This document shows positions 56,999-64,000 of a DNA stretch of 64,000 bases, one piece after another; within the stretch, counting starts at the first letter, position 1; each line of letters begins with the position of its first letter. The notes beneath the pieces are model-generated. The model made no database searches, was not told the DNA's origin, and saw only the letters and a program-made list of their open reading frames with translations. The stretch is from the human T2T-CHM13v2.0 reference genome, Homo sapiens, in the NCBI RefSeq assembly GCF_009914755.1, contig NC_060928.1; one strand, written 5' to 3'. A program made the position numbers and the translations under genes.

Positions 56999-57003
56999 TC
57001 TTC

Positions 57004-58080
57004 TATGCCACAGGTACTGGAATATAACTTGAAGAGATCCTGGATCCCAACTCACATTATTTTGGGGAAGAGAAACAAGTAGTTGAATAAACAAAATAAA
57101 ATCCAGTTTATGAAAAGTGCTATAAAGAACACAAATGGGGATGCTGGGTCTTTATGTAATAACAATGGGGCCTTTAAAATAGAGTATGGAAGAAGCTACT
57201 TTAGATGGCTGCAAGTGGGAAGCCCTCCACGGAGGTTCAAGCTGAGATATAAAGGATGAGAAAAGTCCAGTCACATGAAAGCACAGGAAAAGAGAAACCT
57301 TGGAGGCCCAGCAATGGGGGAGATTGGAGTGTGACTGCTGCAGTGAGCCAGTGGCTGGGGAAATGAGTGATTGGAAAGGAGAACAAAAGCCAGGCCATGC
57401 AAAGGCTCGATGTGTCATGGAAACCTGTGGAAAGATGTTAGGTTGGGACATGTTTTGTTCCTGGGATATGATTTACATTTTTAAAAGTTTATTTTTGTCA
57501 CTTAAGAGAATAGATTGAAAAGGGTAAAATTAAACACTAGGAGATCAGTTAGTGAATGATCTGGGCAAGAGAAATCTGGCTTGAATCATGGTGGTGAGGG
57601 TGCAGGTAGAAAGAGGTGAGTCTGAGATCTATCTGGGAGTGTCACAGAGAGCCTGATGAGAGGAGGTGAGGGATGGGAGAAGGGAGGAGTGGAAGTAGGT
57701 GACTTTTAGGTTGTTGCCTGGTAACCAAGTGGATAATGGTGCTATTTACTGAAATGTAAAGATGACTCTGCTGGGCGAGGGCAGGAGGGAAGTCATAGAA
57801 TGTACTTGGGATATGTTGGGATATCTAAGGCTACTTGAAATGCCTATGAGACATTCAACATAAATTTCAAATAAATAGTTGGATATAAGCCTAGATCTAG
57901 GGGGAAAGTTGGAGCTAAAGACATAATTAGCATTTATCAGATTATAGATGGTAGATAGATCTACATTCATGGGAGTGTGTGAGATCAACTGCGAAAAAGT
58001 ACATATGTGTAAGAAAAGAGTGCTTAAAACCTACTCGTGAGAAAATTCAATATTTAAAGATAAGTAAAGGAGGAGGCTCA
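57004..58080 (-). mobile_element. L2 element (continues left of THE1)
   Basis: Long purine-rich antisense L2 (GGTGCTATTTACTGAAATG, TTGAAATGCCTATGAGACATTCAA). Confidence 0.75.
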
Positions 58081-59069
58081 TGTGTAGAGTCTATATACAA
58101 ATTGGAAGTGGTGGTGACTGAAAAAAATGCATTAAAATTAACCAAATTTTCTCTTTTCTAGGCACTGTCCTAATTGTAGATGCTTGAGAAAATAGAGATG
58201 TAATCATGGATACCCACCAGGTATTTGAGTCAGGTTCTTCAATGCAAAAGTCACATAGAAGCTGCTGCTTTAATGTTTGTAACAGACTTCCAAACTAATG
58301 TCTCTTATAATGTCCCTGTGTATTAAGATTTCCATAAAACCATTACAATTTCTATTTATTTTGTCTAGATGTAAAGCAGACAGCATATCATATTACATAT
58401 ATTGCTAAAATTCTTGCAGCCTAATGTATACAGATTTGTGAATTTTGAGTGATCTGAAGTTCATGAATATTTTGAGGTTGGTTTGTTTTGTCTTGTTCAA
58501 AGCCTAGATATCATGTTTTTTCAGATTAACATATTTCTTGAGGGAAAAGAAATGTTTAGATTTCCAGCTAGTTATAAAATTGTCAGAAAGAATAGAAGTT
58601 AAACATACAGAGAAACAAAGGTTACACATCTGGGAAAATAGTAGAAAAGCCTTTATATAGTCTTGGCAAATGAATTCAGAGGTTTTATTTTTAATCACAA
58701 CTGTGAAGAAAGAAAGATTACCTTTTGGGGAAATTAATGAATATTGTGGGCTTAGACATAAAATAATTGTTAATTGCTCCATTTATTAGAAATCATATGT
58801 CAAAAGTTTTTTATCATCAGTAATACAATAGCAATAGAGATAAAAATATATACGGATATTTGATTTTGATGATTTTAATCTCCTATGCCATTTCCATAAC
58901 AACATGATTATTCACACCTGTCAAACTGATGGGTGAGAATGTCAACTTGCCCTTGAATGCCAAAGACTATTTTCAGACCCTTGAGTTTTCTCACCAATTC
59001 AATCCATTTTGCATGCTTCTGACATGCCTTTTAGAAGACCAATTTGCTTATATCTCTTTACCTATTTAC

Positions 59070-59420
59070 TGAAACCCTCATTTATTAGCTTGGCATTCAA
59101 AGTCTTCTACAGTCTTGCCATATCTCACTTTAAATCTGTTTCTCCCCCTACTCACCTTCTCCAATGCAATCCCTATGTTGTAATATGGCTAATCTACTTG
59201 TTTTTTTAATGTATTTCATGTTACTACTATCTTGAAGTGTTTTCTATGTATTTCTGTCTCTACACTGTGATCCTGCATTGTGCCATCTACTTAGTGACAT
59301 GCATTCCCTTCTTTGACACATGTGTCTTACGTGCCTTTGTCCCCCACATATTACCTAGACTGGTGCCATATCATAGACAGTAGGTTATCAATAAATGCTT
59401 CTTGGTTAGTTAGATGATTA
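59070..59420 (+). mobile_element. L2 fragment with 3' end
   Basis: AGCTTGGCATTCAAAGTC...CCTAGACTGGTGCC...TCAATAAATGCTT. Confidence 0.55.
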
Positions 59421-60014
59421 GTATACAGTATGCTTTTGATGAGAAGGGTAAAGAAAATCATCAGAGAAGTTAATGGAATTAGACTCCACCCTGGGTGTCT
59501 CTGCCTTCAAAACTCATGTCTTTCACATTATTCCACGCCAACTCCCACAGAATAGTATTTGTCTTAGTCCATTTCTGATGTCATAACAGAAAACCAGAGA
59601 TCAGGTAATTAATTATATGATTAGTTAGAAAAAGATTCATAACTAGAACCTAGTGCTCCCCATTTCCCTCGTGCTTGATAGGTTTTTAAAAATTTATTGA
59701 AATAGTTGCAATTTTGTCAAATTATTTTTGACTCATAATTCATACCTTCTGATATTTCTTACTTTGTAAAAATGATTTTCTTCTTTCCATTTTGTACCTA
59801 CAATTCAGCTTCGGTTTCTTTCTTTTCATTTCTACTTTTCCCTTTTGTTTAAAATATAACCCATTACAATAAACTTAGGAAAGACTGTACTGAATATTGT
59901 CTCTATAAAGGGCATGAAAGTCTCCTTAATGTGAAGTTGAGGTAGCGTTAAATATACACTTAATTCAGCAAACTGACATCTCACCAAGCAATCTTTTTGC
60001 TATGTGGACACATT

Positions 60015-60084
60015 TGTGTGTTTGTGTGCGTGTGTGTGCGTGTTTGTGTGTGCGTGTGTGTATGTATGTATTGCGCATGTGTGT
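60015..60084. repeat. (TG)n/(TGCG) mixed microsatellite
   Basis: Seen directly. Confidence 0.9.
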
Positions 60085-60621
60085 CTGCACATTGTAGAGA
60101 ATGGCATTTTCACATTACCACAAAAACACTTTATATAAGAAAATAATTCTAAATTGGTCCATAGGAGAGGGAGCCATAGGATGGGTTAGAACTGACTTCT
60201 GTCTCTGACTTCTCCATCCCCATTATTTTGTTTTGTGTTTCTGAAGCCAGTTTTACATCTTAGTAGAGCCATAAATAATGACAATAAGCTGGAAAGGCTG
60301 GCATCTACGAGGGTGGAGAGAAGAGGTCAATAACATACATATATAGTCTTGGGGGTGCTAAATGTTGAGTAAAGCTAACTCCAAGCAGAGCACAATGAGT
60401 GGCTGGAGAAAAATACCTGTCAGTCTCCACACTTTCAATTCCAGGGTGAGGAAGGGTCCTTACCAGACTTGAGGGAGCTTTTGAGGTGTTCTAGCCAAGC
60501 TCTTCAATGAATTGTCATTCAGGCTACCTGCCTACTCCTTCGGCTACTCTACCCAAAGTTCCTGCCCCATGGGTGGGGCCACTGCATCAAACAACTCTCC
60601 AGGGAGAACCATTCACATCAT

Positions 60622-60663
60622 CACCTATGCCTATCTGAATGGCACCTATGCCTATCTGAATGG
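60622..60663 (+). repeat. Perfect 21-bp tandem duplication
   Basis: CACCTATGCCTATCTGAATGG twice. Confidence 0.95.
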
Positions 60664-61251
60664 AGCCTATTCAACCACAGTCCATACGGCTTTACCTGCA
60701 GCCTTGCATAAAACCTTGTAGAAATATTTCTTCAAATTCCTTTCTATTTTCTGATTATCTTTTCTTTTTTTTTTTTTTTTTTTGCTTATTTTTAGGGCGC
60801 AAATATTTAAATTTTAGATTTTCTTTACATTAACAATGCAAAATACACACAATTCATTCACAAGTTAGCAACTCAGCTAATGTAGACACTTCTGGGCAAT
60901 GGCTGGTGTTTTGTTTTCAGATATGGTTAAGAAAATAGCCATACAATGGCTCCTGTTTGGGCTCTGAAGCCAACAGACTCCTTCCTCTGTCCCCAAATAG
61001 GATAACAAAAGATTTAGGGAATATTCAATACTTTTCTCAAAGAAGTAAGTGATTTGAGTGTAAGTTGCTACTTCCCTGTAAGAAATAACAGCAAGCATAG
61101 ATACGCCTAAGGGAAGGCAGGACGAAGCCGCCACTTTCCTTGGAGTCTAAAACTCTGACCTGAAAAGTGTTCGCAAGGGATTGGAACCAAAGCCAGGATT
61201 GATTTGCCGAGATTTGCACTCTCACCTAATGGCCTGAGGAAGCAGTGCTGC

Positions 61252-61617
61252 TGTCTTGGTTTGTTCTGGCAGCTATAACGAAATACCATAGACTGGGTGG
61301 CTTATAAACAACGGAAATTTATTTCTCACCGTTCTTGAAGCGGGAAGTCCGAAATCAAGGCCTGACAGTTTCCGTGTCTGTGGGAGGGCCGATTTCCTTG
61401 TTCACAGAGAGCACCATCTTGCTGCATCCTCACACGGCGTGCGGGGCGAGGCGGTTCTCTGGGCCCTCTTTCATCAGGGCACCGATCCCCTTACTGATGG
61501 GGGCTCCGCCCTTACGATCTAATCACCTCCCAACAGCCCCCCTTCCCAACACTCTCACACTGGTGACTAGATTTCAGCATGAATTCTAGGGGAGCCACAA
61601 ACACTCAGACCACAGCA
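61252..61617 (-). mobile_element. MLT1A/MSTD-type solo LTR, CpG-rich
   Basis: TGTCTTGGT...AAATACCATAGACTGGGTGGCTTATAAACAAC...AAACACTCAGACCACAGCA. Confidence 0.85.
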
Positions 61618-61982
61618 GTGACCAACGTAGCATTAGTCAAGAAAGCCCAAGACACTCAGTCTCTGCTAGGGAGGAAGATCTTATCGGTAAATGTGAACAT
61701 GTATTTCAGGATTCAAGAGGTGATTAGAAGTGAACAGTTTTAAAGATTACAGAAAGCACAGTGGCAATGCTTTAAAAGAAAGACTGCTTTCCTGTTTGAG
61801 TAAGAGCAAGAATATTAAATCAGGAGCATTCGCCAATTGACATTCCTGTGCTGGTGTGAGGAGAGGGCAGACGTTCAAGTCAGAGCTCAGCTATCCAGCT
61901 CATCTTCACTCCACTGGACTCTGAGGCCAGATAATTAGATTCCTTCTTTTCTCCCAAATTTATATTTCATCACAAAGCTGAA

Positions 61983-62082
61983 TGACCTTTCCTGTCAGTG
62001 CAACCAACAAAGATGGCTGGGCAGGAAGTAACCAGACGTTGCAGGCCCTCCCACACCAAGGAAGTTGTATATTGCAACCACA
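61983..62082. promoter_or_regulatory. Candidate enhancer motif cluster
   Basis: TGACCTTT, AACAAAG, CAGGAAGT, AAGGAAGT, ATTGCAAC and AACCACA within 100 nt of non-repeat sequence. Confidence 0.3.
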
Positions 62083-63490
62083 CAGACTGATTTTTGTTTT
62101 AATGCCAAGCTATGCAGCTCGGCTGTCAGAGCAATGAAGTGAAAATAAAATTAGGGGCCAAATGTCTAAACCCTCAAGAAATGTCATGGATAAGAAGAAT
62201 AAAACAAGTAAAAGGTTTTCCTTTTTTTGTTTTAATGTTTAAATATATATGAATTTTGTTATCAGTGCACTGAAAATGGAATCAGTGACCCGTTGGACCA
62301 AATGCTTATGTTCAAGAAATGCCTTGAACTTTAAATAAACTCCATGTTATTTTGCTTTGGATTAATTTACTTGCAGATGTGTGACATTGCTTGGGAATAT
62401 AGGTCCAGCTGGAAAATACAGACAGAGGCAGGGCAGAACCTAATTTTCTTACGATTCAGACTTTGCTGAACAGACAACATAGCTTTCAAAAGAAACATGA
62501 ACTTCTCTTTCTTATTCACTTCAGGGACAGAGAGATTGAATTGAAGGCAGAATTCGGAGTTTCCTCCAATGACCACAAAATAGCATTTTAAAATCTTGTC
62601 GTGTTTGTTTTTTGCGGCTGTTTTGATTTTTTTTTCTTTTCCTCAGCAGGCTTGTGAATTTCCAAGTAGCCCCATCCTGCTGCTTCTTCCCTTATTCCTG
62701 TATTTATTAGCAGAGAGGATGCAGTCAGCAGCTCTGCAGCCATAGGGAATTCACATCACCTCTCTGAGCCTTAGCTTTCTCTCTGTAAACTGAGAGCATT
62801 GGGCTAAATAATTTCTTCCTCCAGTGGTTGGTCTATTTCCTAGGTCTGTGTGGAGTTACTACTTGGATGTCCCTGAGGGGGAGGTAGAATCTCTTCACTA
62901 TAGCCCCCAATACTAGAGGATCAGTTAGTCAGTCAGCCAAAGAGATCATTCACGTCAATTTGTGAAGGAGGCCGGGGTGGTGGCCTACCTACGCTCCAAG
63001 AACCTAGTACCTCCTTTCCCCTCTCCTATCAGATGACTTTTTTTTTCTGTTTTCAGTTTGCTCTTCTATAGAATTATACTACACTTTTACTGGTATATAT
63101 AGAAAAGCAATTTTCATTACCATAAAGGATTAGAAAGCAAAACTTTAAAAACTAAGCTCATGCAAGTATCTTCACATCTTAGAATATTAGGGGAGATATT
63201 CATATGGGATGCTGACTGATGTCAAAAGGCCAAACATACAATTATGGGGGTTACCATCCCATTTGTATATTACCTCCTTGTTAGAAATCAATAGTTTATT
63301 GATTATTTTTCACATTATTTTTAAGAATATTTTTAATTGTCAGACAGTAACAATAAGACATTTTTAAATTGTTAGTAAAATAACTTCTATGTATAAATAA
63401 CCTCTGTCTTAGTGAAGTAACTTTTATTTATTAGCAAAACTAAATCTTATTCATGCTCGTTTAAGCAAAATGAATTACAGGACTATGGGG

Positions 63491-63735
63491 TCTATTAATT
63501 TGCTAGGTCTGCTGCAAGAAATTACCATAAACCAGGTGGCTTAAAACAACAGGAGCTTATTCTGACAGTCTGCAGGCCAGAAGTCTGACACCCAGGTGTC
63601 AGCAGGCCGCGCTCTCTCGGAAGGCTCAGCGGGGGGTCCTTGCTTGGCTCTCTCCCAGCTTCTGGTGGCTGCCTGGCAGCCCTTGGCGGACCTCGGCCCA
63701 GCCTGTCTCAGCATCACTCCAATCTCTGCCTCCGC
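63491..63735 (-). mobile_element. MLT1C/D-type LTR (partial, runs into the minisatellite)
   Basis: TTACCATAAACCAGGTGGCTTAAAACAACAG...CAGAAGTCTGA...CATCACTCCAATCTCTGCCTCC. Confidence 0.82.
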
Positions 63736-64000
63736 CTCCTCCTCTGGGTGGCCCTGTCTCTGCCTCCGTCTCCTCCTCTGGGTGGCCCTGTCTCTGCCTC
63801 CGCCTCCTCCTCTGGGTGGCCCTGTCTCTGCCTCCGCCTCCTCCTCTGGGTGGCCCTGTCTCTGCCTCCGTCTCCTCCTCTGGGTGGCCCTGTCTCTGCC
63901 TCCGTCTCCTCCTCTGGGTGGCCCTGTCTCTGCCTCCGTCTCCTCCTCTGGGTGGCCCTGTCTCTGCCTCCGTCTCCTCCTCTGGGTGGCCCTGTCTCTG
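63723..64000 (+). repeat. 34-bp minisatellite (VNTR), at least 8 units, truncated by the window end
   Basis: TCTCTGCCTCCG[C/T]CTCCTCCTCTGGGTGGCCCTG; units start at 63723, 63757, 63791, 63825, 63859, 63893, 63927, 63961. Confidence 0.98.

Noticed and set aside
62367-62576. Two apparent minus-strand mini-exons
   Set aside because: The implied intron is only about 45 nt, below the human minimum, so the pair is unsupported
63723-64000. CRISPR-like array (34-bp repeats)
   Set aside because: Head-to-tail units with no unique spacers, no cas genes, mammalian context; it is a minisatellite

Overview
Primate, almost certainly human, genomic DNA: a near-consensus AluYa5 with an intact target-site duplication (TSD) is present. 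The window is AT-rich and repeat-dense, with Alu, L1, L2, MIR, MaLR/ERV LTRs, one full-length THE1 provirus, and MER6, MER58A and MADE1 DNA transposons. A 34-bp minisatellite runs off the right edge. I recognise no intact protein-coding gene, and there is no prokaryotic-type system (CRISPR, operon, phage). Most ORF-track entries are translations of repeats. The best lead is a chain of about 10 exon-like segments on the minus strand (about 59.9 kb to 35.1 kb) with acceptor and donor signals and protein-like frames broken by TGA/TAA/TAG stops. This suggests a decayed (unitary) pseudogene or spliced lncRNA, possibly driven by an unusually CpG-rich, co-oriented MLT1A-type LTR at 61.3-61.6 kb. Other leads are a minisatellite whose single variable base toggles the PRDM9 13-mer motif, a probably polymorphic AluYa5, a DUX4 motif in the THE1 5' LTR, and several nested insertions. 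Subfamily names come from recalled consensus sequences, not a RepeatMasker run. Exon calls were made by eye and carry a real false-positive risk.
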